A program made the position numbers and the translations under genes. A stretch of DNA of 61,346 bases, counting the filler, from Sphacelaria rigidula (taxonomy: Eukaryota): NCBI GenBank assembly GCA_964200075.2. It is 8 parts of 8 records of this genome, joined end to end, with 100 filler letters (N's around TTAATTAATTAA, not from the genome) between each part and the next. Parts side by side here need not be neighbours in the genome. Positions count along the whole stretch, not along the records: positions 53,767 to 61,346 come from CAXNAA020014238.1; 7 more parts are not named here. One strand, written 5' to 3'. The notes under the pieces are model-generated. The model was not told where the DNA came from. It was given only the letters and a program-made list of their open reading frames with translations, and did not search any database. Below, piece after piece: positions 60,573-61,346 of this stretch. The first letter of the stretch is position 1; every line of letters begins with the position of its first letter.

Positions 60573-61346
60573 ATGGGCAGGGTTTTTTGTTCGGTGTTGG
60601 TACTGGTGCGGGCACTTTCACATGCGGTGGAACCGTCAGATATTGGGACTGGGCGGATTGAGGTGGAACTAGACGTGGCGGACGTGCGAGTTTGATGTTT
60701 AAAATCTGGCAATCATGGAGGAGGGGGGCTATCCGGAGCGCGCCGACGGGAGCCAGGTGGAGCGCCGCGGAGCTGCAAGCAAGAACGAGCAGGAGGACGA
60801 GGCGAATGATCGATGCAATGGCTGGAGCTTGTAGAAAATTCAACTCATATCCATTTGTTGTCTTCGCGGGGACTTTCATTGGGGGAATGGAATCTGGAGC
60901 CGGAGTTACCGCCTCTTCCGATTACCCTACTCCTTGCGAGCGGATGTATCCAGAGGTGGTGACTTTGGAAATTAGTACTCGTAGCAATATGAAATGTCTT
61001 TTCTATTTTCAGGATGTCATCATTTCTCTTCTTAGTTTTTTTTTCTTTTTTTTCTGTTGATTCTCGTAGTATTTAGACGGCGCGACCGTACTCTCGTCGA
61101 GTGTTTTCTTCTGGTTTTATTCCGTCGTGGGTTGGATATCGGAGCCGGAGCGGTTATCTCCGTCGATTTCCCACTCCTTAGAGGCGAACGTATCAGGAGT
61201 CAGTCGATGTTCGGGTTCGGGATTATCCATGTTAGATACGGGAATAAAGTACAAACAAGCGCGCGCGCGGGGGGGGGGGGGGGGGGGGAAAAACAAAAAA
61301 CCTGGCGAGGGGTGGTGGTTGGGGGACAAGAAAGTGTGGTGCAAAA

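Overview
Eukaryotic, repeat-dominated sequence, most likely from a brown alga (Phaeophyceae; inferred from one-exon-per-repeat 42-aa TPR exons, EsV-1-7-type Cys repeats and a GGAI/NxA beta-helix gene). It is not one locus. It consists of eight unplaced scaffolds of 7581 bp (x6) and 7580 bp (x2), sorted by size and joined by artificial 100-nt linkers (44 N + TTAATTAATTAA + 44 N), so nothing can be inferred across linkers. Recognisable content: an orphan array of four intact 126-nt phase-0 TPR exons bracketed by inverted copies of a ~180-bp repeat; a frameshifted intronless EsV-1-7-repeat gene; exons of a POMP-like beta-helix gene; a nested transposon cluster (old Ty3/Gypsy copy < CAC...GTG element with 8-bp TSD and a 43-bp palindromic array < TTAA piggyBac-like element, plus a younger Gypsy of the same family); two solo LTRs; two RTE-type LINE fragments; a tRNA-derived SINE (3 copies); a MITE (2 copies); a long-arm foldback element; a probable DIRS RT remnant; several minisatellites and hairpins. 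All family assignments are by eye and need database confirmation.
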